Positions 40,602 to 49,722 of a DNA stretch of 64,000 nt are shown here, piece after piece; the first letter of the stretch is position 1, and each line of letters begins with the position of its first letter. Both the position numbers and the translations under genes were made by a program. The stretch is taken from the IMG/VR virus record IMGVR_UViG_3300032083_003901, positions 1 through 64,000 of that record. One strand, written 5' to 3'. The notes beneath the pieces are model-generated. The model was not told the DNA's origin. It worked only from the letters and a program-made list of their open reading frames with translations, and searched no databases. This DNA is from a virus.

Positions 40602-41627
40602 ATGAAAGCATTGGTAACCGGAGGCTGCGGCTTTATTGGGTCGCATCTTGTAAAAAAACTAATAGAAACTGGAGCAGAGGTAACTGTTGTAGATGATCTC
40701 TCGTCAGGCAACTTGAGTAATTTGTCTGACAAAGGTCTGAATTTTAGACCTGTGATTCCAAGCTTAATGCATCAGCTTTACGCAAAAGCTTCTTTTAGCC
40801 CGGGAGACGTTGTTGTAGCTACATGCGATTTTGTGGATCCGCAATTTTTGAAATATTTTGTTGATGGCAATTACACGCATGTTTTTCATCTGGCGGCAAA
40901 TCCTCGAGTAGAGTATAGCGTTCAATACCCAGCCGTTTCTACCGAGATCAATCTCATGAAGACAGTTGAGCTGCTTTCGGCTTGTCGACAGGCAAATATT
41001 GAAAAGTTCGTATTTGCGTCTTCATCAGCAGTATTTGGAGACGTCTGGTCTGATTCAGAATCTTCGTATGATGAAGACGATGCCAGATGTCCACAGAGCC
41101 CATACGGACTGCAGAAGTATTGTTGTGAACTGTTCATGGAGCAGTTTAGCAATCTTTACGGCCTTGAAACAGTTGCGCTCCGTCTTTTTAACGTCTATGG
41201 ACCAGGCTGTTATGGCGATAGTCCTTATTCTACTGCTGTAGCTGCATGGTGCGATAAGATTTCAAAGAGAGAAGCGTTGAGGCTTGATGGAGACGGTACG
41301 CAAACTAGGGATATGGTTTACGTCGAAGATGTGGCCAATGCCTTTGTAGTTGTTGCAATTGAGAAAGCCAGAATTCAGGAAGGCAAGAAGTTTAATGTCT
41401 TCTGTGTTGGTACTGGGAATTCAATTTCAAATAATCAGATTTTGGAAATGTTAGCAACTGAAGTTGGTGGTTTTGTAATTGTCAACGCCCCTCCGAGGAC
41501 GGGAGATGCTAAGCATACTCGAGCATCCATAGATAGAATAACGCAAAAAACTACTTGGCGACCAAATACCGATTTCAAGAGCGGATTAAGAGAAACACTT
41601 AGATGGTGGGAGATAATTGATGCCTAA
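40602..41627 (+). CDS. NAD-dependent nucleotide-sugar epimerase/dehydratase (extended SDR)
   Basis: LVTGGCGFIGSH, HLAA, FASSSAV, SPYGLQK, LRLFNVYGP, GDGTQTRD. Confidence 0.92.
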   Translation: MKALVTGGCGFIGSHLVKKLIETGAEVTVVDDLSSGNLSNLSDKGLNFRPVIPSLMHQLYAKASFSPGDVVVATCDFVDPQFLKYFVDGNYTHVFHLAANPRVEYSVQYPAVSTEINLMKTVELLSACRQANIEKFVFASSSAVFGDVWSDSESSYDEDDARCPQSPYGLQKYCCELFMEQFSNLYGLETVALRLFNVYGPGCYGDSPYSTAVAAWCDKISKREALRLDGDGTQTRDMVYVEDVANAFVVVAIEKARIQEGKKFNVFCVGTGNSISNNQILEMLATEVGGFVIVNAPPRTGDAKHTRASIDRITQKTTWRPNTDFKSGLRETLRWWEIIDA

Positions 41628-42168
41628 TAATCCTGAATTTGTGATTTATACTGGCCCTATGTTTGGTGGCAAGACTTCTAGAATGTTAGCTGCCTTAGAT
41701 AGAGCAAAATATCAATCTAAGAACATTGCTGCATTCAAACCTAAAATGGATCATCGATATGCAGATGAAAGCATCGTGACCCATACTGGTCATTCATGCG
41801 AAGCAATATGCATTTCTGATGGCAGTGAAATATTTGACTATGCAAAGAAAGCAGATATCATTGCTGTTGATGAAGCTTTCATGATTGATGGAATAGCAAA
41901 TGCCTTAGTTCAGTTGTTTCGAAATGGAAAGACTATTTATGTTTCAACGATTCAACTGTCTGCCCATGGTCTCTTTTTTGATGAAGTGCAATCCATGATA
42001 CCGTGGGCAACAAAAGTTGAAGTTTGTCCTGCAGTGTGTTCGCAGTGTGAAAATGATGCTTTTTACACGGTGGCTAAGGTTTCTGGTCTAAGCCATATTG
42101 AGGTTGGAGGGGCTGAAACATACGAGCCTCGGTGTCACGAGCACACGCCATTTCTTAAGACAGAGTAA
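41620..42168 (+). CDS. tdk: Thymidine kinase
   Basis: GPMFGGKTS, AVDEA, C-x-x-C zinc site, VGGAETYEPRC. Confidence 0.92.
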   Translation: MPNNPEFVIYTGPMFGGKTSRMLAALDRAKYQSKNIAAFKPKMDHRYADESIVTHTGHSCEAICISDGSEIFDYAKKADIIAVDEAFMIDGIANALVQLFRNGKTIYVSTIQLSAHGLFFDEVQSMIPWATKVEVCPAVCSQCENDAFYTVAKVSGLSHIEVGGAETYEPRCHEHTPFLKTE

Positions 42169-42171
42169 AAC

Positions 42172-43026
42172 ATGAAGTTTGATCCGGCAAAAATTGACTG
42201 CGTCATATACCATGCAAACTGCAGCGATGGATTCGGTGCTGCTTGGTCTGCTTGGAAGTTACTAGGCAACAAGGCTGAATATTATGCAGCCACGCATGGC
42301 GATCCGCCGCCTGATGTATCAGGCAAACATGTTGCTATTCTAGATTTTTCGTATTCTAGAGAAGTAGTCTTGGATATGATAGAAAAAGCAGCTAGCTTAG
42401 TGATTATCGATCACCACAAATCTGCAATGGTTGCTTTGCATGATATCCCCAATGCTTATTTTGACATGAATCACAGTGGAGCTATGTTAGCCTGGAATCA
42501 CTTCCATCCAGGCAAAGAACCGCCTAGATTCATCAAATACATTGAGGATCGCGATCTGTGGAAATGGGAGCAGCCTTACTCAAAGGAGTTTTCTGCAGCA
42601 TTCGATATGGTTCCTTTTGATTTCGAAGCTTTTACTGAATTTGAAGACGATTCTGCATTTGATGATGCTTGCAAGCGAGGGTCTTACATTCTGGCTTATT
42701 CGAAGACTGTTGTCAAAAAAGTATCTGATCAAGCCACCATGAGAACTTGGCAAGGCAAGAAAATTTACATTGTCAATTCTTCGCACTGGATGAGCGAAAT
42801 TGGTGCTAGATTATCGCCAGATTGTGATTTTGTGATAATTTGGTACTTCGATCACGATAGAAGAGAAACTAGAGTTTCTTTGCGTTCTTTTCATGACGAG
42901 GTTGATGTTAGTGAGATTGCAAAACAGTTCGGCGGCGGCGGGCACAAAAAAGCAGCTGGCTTTAGCCTAACTGCTGAACACGATATTGACATAATCTTTG
43001 CAAACGAGGATGAAAGTGCACAATAG
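42172..43026 (+). CDS. DHH/DHHA1 phosphoesterase (NrnB-like)
   Basis: YHANCSDG, ILDFS, IDHHKS, HSGA, IEDRDLW, SLRS, GGGGHKKAAG. Confidence 0.9.
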   Translation: MKFDPAKIDCVIYHANCSDGFGAAWSAWKLLGNKAEYYAATHGDPPPDVSGKHVAILDFSYSREVVLDMIEKAASLVIIDHHKSAMVALHDIPNAYFDMNHSGAMLAWNHFHPGKEPPRFIKYIEDRDLWKWEQPYSKEFSAAFDMVPFDFEAFTEFEDDSAFDDACKRGSYILAYSKTVVKKVSDQATMRTWQGKKIYIVNSSHWMSEIGARLSPDCDFVIIWYFDHDRRETRVSLRSFHDEVDVSEIAKQFGGGGHKKAAGFSLTAEHDIDIIFANEDESAQ

Positions 43027-43444
43027 ACCTTCGTGGGATCATATCTGGATGAAATTTGCAAAATCAATCTCTGAAAGAAGCATTGATCCTAGGTTTAAAG
43101 TTGGCGCTGTTGTGGTCTCAAAAGACAACACGCAAGTTTTGGCAATGGGCTACAATGGCGATCAAGCTGGTGGCAGTAACGAGGTTGAATCTCTGGAGCC
43201 GGGGCAGAGCGGTTGCATCCACGCTGAAATTAATGCCTTGATCAAGTTAGATTACAACAATCCCAAGCCTAAAAAGATGTACGTCACCCTGTCTCCTTGC
43301 AAGATGTGTGCAAAAGCCATAGTCAATTCCGGCATTGAAGAGATCATCTATCTCGAGGAGTATAGAGACAAAACAGGCGTTGAAATTTTAGGAAAAGCTG
43401 ATCGTGAAGTGCGACAGCACGCAGAGGTGCCAATTTCTAGCTAA
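43010..43444 (+). CDS. dCMP deaminase
   Basis: RPSWD, VGAVVV, GYNG, HAEINA, SPCKMC. Confidence 0.9.
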   Translation: MKVHNRPSWDHIWMKFAKSISERSIDPRFKVGAVVVSKDNTQVLAMGYNGDQAGGSNEVESLEPGQSGCIHAEINALIKLDYNNPKPKKMYVTLSPCKMCAKAIVNSGIEEIIYLEEYRDKTGVEILGKADREVRQHAEVPISS

Positions 43445-43468
43445 TTTTTTTCTGTTATCTAAATTTTT

Positions 43469-43479
43469 GTGATATTTAG
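43469..43479 (+). promoter_or_regulatory. Putative late promoter GTGATATTTAG
   Basis: Exact copy of the motif before tape measure; starts the hypothetical virion gene block. Confidence 0.7.
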
Positions 43480-43500
43480 TGTAGAGTTTTAGGAGTTATT

Positions 43501-44874
43501 ATGAGCCAGAATTTAGATGAGCAGTTCTATCGAATATTGCAGAAATGCGCAACGCATCCAGAATTTGCTAATGCATCGTTAGAAGAAGGCTCAATCAAAC
43601 ACTTGATTGTAGAAGAGATTGACAAGGCTGATATTGAATCTGTTAAAAAAGTAGCTGATACTGCCAAAAACTCCTTGAAAAAGCTAAGATCTTATATGGA
43701 TCAGCTGCAGTTACAAACTGAACTCCAACCTTTGTACGATTACACAACGGCTTTAGAGGGAGCACTCGATAAAACTTCAAAAGAACTAGCAAATGTCAGT
43801 TTTGATTCGGGCGTTCTGTCTGGGTTCTTTGGCAAAAAGCTAACACTGCCACAAATTACGTCAGCTGCTATTAAGCTAAACACTAAGGCCGTCGATTTTG
43901 GCAGGGGTTTTCTAAACTCCATGGAAAAAATCAGAAAAGACCTAGCGCCAATCCTGAAAGATGCAGATCCGGAGCAAACCCTGGCTGACGCAGTTGGCGC
44001 AGATCCGACAGTCGATTTGAAAAAAGTTTCTAAGGGCCTTGAAGACGAGCTTACAAAAAGCTTTGGCGGAACTCTGTTCAAAAAGGTCAAGGGATTTTTT
44101 TCACAAGCCCTAACGGGAAAAGAAGCAAAGATCATGTCTTCTGATCCTATGCTAAATGCTGATATGAAAGCATTGGCAAAAACTACGGCCGATGCATTGG
44201 TCAATGCCAAGATTGAAAATCTTTTAGGAAATGCTCCACCAAAACCGCCGCCTGAAGAAACAATTACCGATCTTGAAGATGAAATGAAAGATGTTGCATC
44301 TGACGACGATGCCAAAGCCCCGGAAGCAGAAAAATCTGAGAGCGAACCTGAAGCAGCGGCAACTGAAGAGGAAGCAGCAGAATCTCAGAAAGAAGCTGGA
44401 AGTGAATTGGAAAATGCTGTGAAAGATGCTGTATCTGATTCGGAGTCTCCCAAAGATGCAGCTTTTGATGCGCTGACAAACTGGGTCAACAGCCTGTCTC
44501 CAACTAGTCAAAAATCACTTCAAACTAAAAACAGAATCGGCGACCTTAAAGACATGATCGGCATGGCATTAGACGATTCAGCTAAGGCAATCGAGGGTGA
44601 AGTTTCTGCAGCAATTCAAGCTTGGAGAGATGACCACGAAGAGACTTTGATCAGATCAAAAAGATTTGCCAAGAATAATTTTGACTCTTTAGAAAAATTG
44701 ATTCCTCAGCTAGCAAGTGTAATGATGAAAAAAGCGGCAGAATCTAGAAAAGATCTGAGTCGATCACACGTTAGACGTTTCGTGTTCTCATATTTGGATC
44801 GCTACGTGCAAAATCGACTCGATGAGCAAAACATGAGCCGTTGGCAAAGAATGGCAGGACTACTAAATGACTGA
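43501..44874 (+). CDS. Hypothetical protein, probable head-associated late protein
   Basis: AGGAG RBS, acidic linker, C-terminal RWQRMAGLL motif. Confidence 0.75.
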   Translation: MSQNLDEQFYRILQKCATHPEFANASLEEGSIKHLIVEEIDKADIESVKKVADTAKNSLKKLRSYMDQLQLQTELQPLYDYTTALEGALDKTSKELANVSFDSGVLSGFFGKKLTLPQITSAAIKLNTKAVDFGRGFLNSMEKIRKDLAPILKDADPEQTLADAVGADPTVDLKKVSKGLEDELTKSFGGTLFKKVKGFFSQALTGKEAKIMSSDPMLNADMKALAKTTADALVNAKIENLLGNAPPKPPPEETITDLEDEMKDVASDDDAKAPEAEKSESEPEAAATEEEAAESQKEAGSELENAVKDAVSDSESPKDAAFDALTNWVNSLSPTSQKSLQTKNRIGDLKDMIGMALDDSAKAIEGEVSAAIQAWRDDHEETLIRSKRFAKNNFDSLEKLIPQLASVMMKKAAESRKDLSRSHVRRFVFSYLDRYVQNRLDEQNMSRWQRMAGLLND

Positions 44875-45214
44875 AACTGATATCAAAGACAAACGTGGAA
44901 ATATCATCATTTCTCCCGGACTAAAGGTGAGACACAAAGATTCCCAGTACGAGTACACTGTTGACCAGGTGCTGCAGGAGCCTGACGGAAAAGTCACGGT
45001 CATGCTTGCTTCTCCCGAAGAGCCTAGGTTTGATCCGGCTGCCGAGGATGGAGTCTTGTCAGATCGCAAAAAGAAAAGCAGCGTTCTATACGAAGCTGAT
45101 CCTGTTTCTAGCCTAGACGACTTGTTTTACCTGCCAGCCGAAGACGACGAACAGGAAGACGACTTGCTAGCGGTGCCAGCCGATGAATTTGAAAAGGAGT
45201 ACGAGGTCAAATGA
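44867..45214 (+). CDS. Hypothetical protein
   Basis: Overlapping operon packing; acidic 115 aa protein. Confidence 0.7.
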   Translation: MTETDIKDKRGNIIISPGLKVRHKDSQYEYTVDQVLQEPDGKVTVMLASPEEPRFDPAAEDGVLSDRKKKSSVLYEADPVSSLDDLFYLPAEDDEQEDDLLAVPADEFEKEYEVK

Positions 45215-45897
45215 GAGATAACTTAAAAAATGAAGTGCTTGAAGCAATCGACAGCGTGCTTCCTAAGAAGCAGAGAATCAATGAGGCTTACGTTGTCGAG
45301 CCAAAAAAATTCACGCTTAGTACGGAAAAATTGAGTCCCAAAGTCAAAGCGGCTCGAATCAAGCACTTTGAGGACACAGTTGCCACTTTGAACAAGATTA
45401 GCGCTGAACTCGAAGGAGCCAACCCGGAAAATGCAAATAAAGTCGGCAGCTCATTCAGAAATCAAAAGATTGCTGAGGCTTATGCAATCAACGATGCGTT
45501 TTTGCAAGGACAGTTTTTAGACAATATCAGCGATCTCAATAGCCAAATCAACATGGACATGCTTTGCTACATGCGTCTGAATAGAGATTTTGGCACGTTT
45601 GATGATTGGCAAAAAGATTTCATAGGCTGTGCAAAAAGTGCGCGCGATGGCTACGCAGTCACTGCTTACAGCATTTATCTAAAACGATACATTAACTTGG
45701 TTGTCGATACGGCCGATGCTGGCGTACCTTTTTCGGCAGTGCCTGTTATTGTTTTAGACGTCAGTGAAGGCTGTTATTACCGAGATTACGTCGACAATTT
45801 AGAAGGTTACGTTGTCAACATGATGCGCGAGTTCAACTGGAATGTCATTGAAAAACGCTTTAAAAAGTGCGAGAAAATTGCGAGGATCTCAGAATGA
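45211..45897 (+). CDS. Fe/Mn superoxide dismutase-fold protein, degenerate
   Basis: RDFGTFDDWQKDF, PVIVLDVSEGCYYRDY, YV..M...NW..IEKRF follow the SOD C-domain, but DxWEHAY is altered. Confidence 0.75.
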   Translation: MRDNLKNEVLEAIDSVLPKKQRINEAYVVEPKKFTLSTEKLSPKVKAARIKHFEDTVATLNKISAELEGANPENANKVGSSFRNQKIAEAYAINDAFLQGQFLDNISDLNSQINMDMLCYMRLNRDFGTFDDWQKDFIGCAKSARDGYAVTAYSIYLKRYINLVVDTADAGVPFSAVPVIVLDVSEGCYYRDYVDNLEGYVVNMMREFNWNVIEKRFKKCEKIARISE

Positions 45898-46493
45898 AAA
45901 ACCGTGTTAGATACTCTTTGAAAGAAACTTCGTACCGTCATCTCTTTGAGCAAGAAGAGGAAGAAGCAGCTGCTGGTGAAGACGCAGCTGAAGAAGAAAT
46001 TTTTGGCGATGAAGAAGATGCTGAGGAAGCTGAAGGCGAAGGTGAGGCCGAAGACGAAACTGAGGCTGAGCAAGAAGAAGAAAAGATCGAAGTAAGCTCA
46101 GCAGAACAGTACGAGCTTAGCGACTCCATAGATCAAGAGCTTGAAGCTCTTCTAATTGATTTTGAAGAAGAAGCCAGAAAATCAGCCGTTGTAAACGAAC
46201 CAGAAGAACTGGCAGAGAATAGGAGACTTCACGAAGCCGCAGCGGAAGACATTGACCTGAGAAGCTTCGCAGCTGACGTTGCTCGCTTGGTTAAAAACTA
46301 TCAAAACTTGATCGATTGGGAGTCTGTGATCCTAAACAAAACTGAGTCTTTCATCAACAATCACTACGGTGAGGACACTGTCCGTGTTCTATTTGACATA
46401 TTAGATGAAGAGTATGGAATCGCAAGAGAAGCCAAAGAAGAAATCCCAGAAGCGCCGATCGCGGTCGGAGCAAGAGGTGAAGGCGGAGGCTAG
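45894..46493 (+). CDS. Highly acidic hypothetical protein
   Basis: Long E/D/A tract after LFE; ATGA overlap with previous gene. Confidence 0.7.
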   Translation: MKNRVRYSLKETSYRHLFEQEEEEAAAGEDAAEEEIFGDEEDAEEAEGEGEAEDETEAEQEEEKIEVSSAEQYELSDSIDQELEALLIDFEEEARKSAVVNEPEELAENRRLHEAAAEDIDLRSFAADVARLVKNYQNLIDWESVILNKTESFINNHYGEDTVRVLFDILDEEYGIAREAKEEIPEAPIAVGARGEGGG

Positions 46494-46776
46494 AGTCAAA
46501 GCTCTCCTTAACGCCAATCGTAAAAAATCAGTCCACATTTCTCTTTTTGCTAAAACGCACGTTGATTTTAAAAAAGCTGTTGTTGACAAAGGCCTTTCTA
46601 TGCAAGAAGTATTCGAGCACTTTGCTGCCCTTTTTGCAGAAGGCCACCCAGCTATTTCTAAAATCATCGATGATTACTGCGTGGCAAAAAGAGAGAACTT
46701 AGTCAAACAATTAGAAGAAAAGTACACCGAGAATCTTTACGATGCAATCGGTGAAGACAATCCGTTCGGAGATTAA
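46477..46776 (+). CDS. Hypothetical protein (start uncertain, 46405 or 46477)
   Basis: GGAG RBS before GTG 46477. Confidence 0.55.
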   Translation: MKAEARVKALLNANRKKSVHISLFAKTHVDFKKAVVDKGLSMQEVFEHFAALFAEGHPAISKIIDDYCVAKRENLVKQLEEKYTENLYDAIGEDNPFGD

Positions 46777-46777
46777 C

Positions 46778-47173
46778 ATGATAGTTTTTTGGGAAAAATT
46801 AAAGAGTGCTGTGAAAAAATATTGGCAGCTCTTTCTAGGCTTGGGTGCAGGACTCTTGCTGGCTGTGAGCATATGGTGGCGCGCCAGGTCTCAAAAAGAT
46901 GTTTTGAACAATACTATAAAAGCACACAATGATATACTGAAAGCTGAAGAGCAGTTTCAAGACAAAGTTCGAGATGTGGAAGAGACGGCTGCCAAAGACC
47001 ATAACGATAGAGTGGAAGACGTTAAAGAAGACCTGGAAACCAAAGAGGAAGAAATTCAAAAAGAATTTGAAGATCGGGTCGAAGATAACAAGAATGTTGA
47101 CAATGAAGAACTGGCCAGAAGGCTTGCAGCTCGATTCGGTGCTTTTGCTGTAAACACTAAAAAGGAAGATTGA
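46778..47173 (+). CDS. Membrane-anchored coiled-coil protein (possible inner spanin-like)
   Basis: N-terminal TM WQLFLGLGAGLLLAVSIWW followed by charged coiled coil. GGAG RBS. Confidence 0.6.
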   Translation: MIVFWEKLKSAVKKYWQLFLGLGAGLLLAVSIWWRARSQKDVLNNTIKAHNDILKAEEQFQDKVRDVEETAAKDHNDRVEDVKEDLETKEEEIQKEFEDRVEDNKNVDNEELARRLAARFGAFAVNTKKED

Positions 47174-47649
47174 TGAGAAATTTTGTTGTCATTCTTACGC
47201 TGCTTTGTTTTGCAACAACTACAGTGCCTGCCATTTCATGGGCCGAGCCTCCGCGAGCATTTACCTACGATGCTGTGTCCCCACTAGATAAGGGCGATCG
47301 CGCCCCTTTTCAAGGCATCTTATTCAGCAAAGACTTAGCTGCGAAAATTGAAGCTGAGAGAAAGACGCTGATTACCCTCAAGCTGGCAGAAGCTAAAACG
47401 TCAGCTGCAGTGGAAATTGCACGCAGTGAAATGCAACTCAAACTAGATATTGCTAACGGCAAATATGCAGCCCTGCAAGAGAAGCACAAGAAGATTGTCG
47501 AAATCAACAAGGAACAAATCGATTTCTTGCGCAAGAACTACAGGCCAACTCCATGGTATGAGCATCCTGGATTCGTGGTTTCCATGGGTTTGTTGGCCGG
47601 CATCGGCTTGACAATTGGCGCAGCTCACATCGTAAAAACGATTAAGTAA
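47170..47649 (+). CDS. Secreted/membrane protein with signal peptide, coiled coil and C-terminal TM
   Basis: Hydrophobic N-terminus, C-terminal PWYEHPGFVVSMGLLAGIGLTIGAA. Confidence 0.65.
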   Translation: MMRNFVVILTLLCFATTTVPAISWAEPPRAFTYDAVSPLDKGDRAPFQGILFSKDLAAKIEAERKTLITLKLAEAKTSAAVEIARSEMQLKLDIANGKYAALQEKHKKIVEINKEQIDFLRKNYRPTPWYEHPGFVVSMGLLAGIGLTIGAAHIVKTIK

Positions 47650-47663
47650 CAATATTTATTGAC

Positions 47664-48794
47664 ATGAAGAAATCGAAACGATTGGTAGAGTCTAGCGCAG
47701 GTGGCCATATAGACGTAGCTTATGGAATTTACGATAGGCCCGGACCAGACATAACAAACGAAGTTTTGCCAGAATTTGATCCAATTGTTCCGAAAGAACA
47801 AGTGTCGACGCAACTTTCTACAGATCGTCCGCCAGTTGATGATCCAGAATATGTGCCCACTAGTCAGAGATCTTTTGAAATAGCAATGTCCACTTTGGCC
47901 TCTTACGTGCCAGAAGATCAAATTGAGAAACTTTATACATTAGTTCGTGACAAAATTGAATCAATGGTCGACGACGAAATGCTAAAATCTAGATACGCAG
48001 GAGCAGAAGTAATGGAATCAGTTAAAAAAAGAATCAGAAAAATGGTTTTAGAGCAGTTTAGAGATGAAGATCTAAAGCAAATGCAAGCTGACTTTGAAGA
48101 GGAATTTGGTGACGGGGAAGAAGCCATGGCTGAACCGCCTGCTGCTGGAGAAGCTTCATTAGAGCAAATTGCTGCTGCAACTGGATTTGCAGGTCCATCA
48201 GGTGTCAAAAATTTCCTCTACCGTTTGCTTTCCAGAATGGCTAGGTTTGAAAGTGTTCCTGCTGACGAAGTTGATGCATTGATTGATTTTGCAGCTGGCG
48301 AATATGTTGACGTTCTCCAGCAAGCAGACTTAATTGATGAAGAAGATGCAGAATACATGGTGAAAAACAAGGATCACGTTACAGAGCTGCCTTCCTTCAG
48401 GTTTTTTGTCGCTAAAGCAATTGCCGAACCAGCCTTGAAAGAGCTGGAAAGATCTGGCAGAAAGAAAGCGACTGATTTTCTGAATAGATTGAAAATTTCT
48501 GATCGCACAATTAATACGTTGCTAAACCAACTTACCGGCAAAGTGCCTAGAAATGACGATCTAGTAGCTTCTAGAATTGATGATGACGTTGCAAAAGGAA
48601 CTCTTACAGCTGCAGCCGGTGAAGATGCTAAGGAAAAAATTGCTTCAGGGTTTGAGGCAATGAAAAAGCTAGTCATGACTGGCGATGATTTTGTAGAGAC
48701 GGCGCTGCAGAAATATTCAAAGCTTTCAAAAGCAAAATTAGTTGACATTGTCAAAAAAGCTGCTGCTGACCCATATGTTGCTGAGAAGATGTAA
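47664..48794 (+). CDS. Hypothetical protein, probably late
   Basis: ATATTTA 5 nt upstream of ATG; 376 aa. Confidence 0.75.
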   Translation: MKKSKRLVESSAGGHIDVAYGIYDRPGPDITNEVLPEFDPIVPKEQVSTQLSTDRPPVDDPEYVPTSQRSFEIAMSTLASYVPEDQIEKLYTLVRDKIESMVDDEMLKSRYAGAEVMESVKKRIRKMVLEQFRDEDLKQMQADFEEEFGDGEEAMAEPPAAGEASLEQIAAATGFAGPSGVKNFLYRLLSRMARFESVPADEVDALIDFAAGEYVDVLQQADLIDEEDAEYMVKNKDHVTELPSFRFFVAKAIAEPALKELERSGRKKATDFLNRLKISDRTINTLLNQLTGKVPRNDDLVASRIDDDVAKGTLTAAAGEDAKEKIASGFEAMKKLVMTGDDFVETALQKYSKLSKAKLVDIVKKAAADPYVAEKM

Positions 48795-49186
48795 TGAATG
48801 TATCGCATGTAATGGAAAGCTATTTTCGGGAGCAAAAGCAACTGAAAAAAGTCGATCCTATTAGCAGGGCTGGGATTCTCAAAGAAAACCTTCCTGGAAG
48901 CGTGCCTATAGTTGTACCGAGCGAAAAAACTTGGGAACTTCTAGAAGACCCTGAGGCCCTACAAAGACTGTTTAAATTTGACAATGCGGTATCATTAATT
49001 TACTTTCTAGAGGACGTGATTCAATTACAACAAGAAATGTCTCACCACGGCAGAATACTCATAGACAATTTACAAGTTTTGATTCAGATCAATACTAAGG
49101 TAATGGATCGAGTGACTGACTTAGATGTCGAATGGACTCGAAAGGTTGATGAGATCTACAATGAGACAAAATCCGTCAGAGTCTAG
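48794..49186 (+). CDS. Pterin-4a-carbinolamine dehydratase-fold protein, divergent
   Basis: W...LQRLFKF..F......Q.EMSHHG.I....V.I...T....VTDLD......D pattern of the PCD/PhhB fold. Confidence 0.7.
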   Translation: MNVSHVMESYFREQKQLKKVDPISRAGILKENLPGSVPIVVPSEKTWELLEDPEALQRLFKFDNAVSLIYFLEDVIQLQQEMSHHGRILIDNLQVLIQINTKVMDRVTDLDVEWTRKVDEIYNETKSVRV

Positions 49187-49511
49187 TAGTTTTTTTGTAA
49201 GTGATTCAATTAAAGATCTGATAGATAGTAGCTCTTTAGAAGCAAAACCTAGTTCTCATCAACCAGAAATGCAAGATGAGATAATTTTGCAAATTCAAGG
49301 CATTTCTGATTCTCGATATCAACTAGCCGGATGGACTGATTCTTTTTTTATTGTCGAATCTCCCAAAAATCACTTGAACAGATTTGTAAATCCAATTTCA
49401 AAACCAATATTAGCAACTTTTTTCGAAAGACAATACGATATTACACACACGCATGCCCACAAGAAAGATGGCATTTGGTACGTAACATTGTTCTTTCAAT
49501 GTGATATTTAG
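49161..49511 (+). CDS. Hypothetical protein
   Basis: Fills the gap in the operon; AT-rich. Confidence 0.5.
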   Translation: MRQNPSESSSFFVSDSIKDLIDSSSLEAKPSSHQPEMQDEIILQIQGISDSRYQLAGWTDSFFIVESPKNHLNRFVNPISKPILATFFERQYDITHTHAHKKDGIWYVTLFFQCDI

Positions 49512-49515
49512 TGAC

Positions 49516-49722
49516 ATGCAAGATCAAAACCAAAATCAACAAAATCAAGATACAACTGAAAATTACTTTGATAAGTTTGTGCAAGATCTAGCTCATAGAG
49601 AAGATCAGCACAGACAACATCAGCACGATCTTCAACGAGCTCATGACATGTGGGAAAAGCGACAAGAGCTTGACCGTAAATACAAAGAGCATACTCAGCA
49701 ACGAATTAGGTACGACAGATGA
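49516..49722 (+). CDS. Small Gln/His-rich hypothetical protein
   Basis: ATG just downstream of GTGATATTTAG motif at 49501-49511. Confidence 0.6.
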   Translation: MQDQNQNQQNQDTTENYFDKFVQDLAHREDQHRQHQHDLQRAHDMWEKRQELDRKYKEHTQQRIRYDR

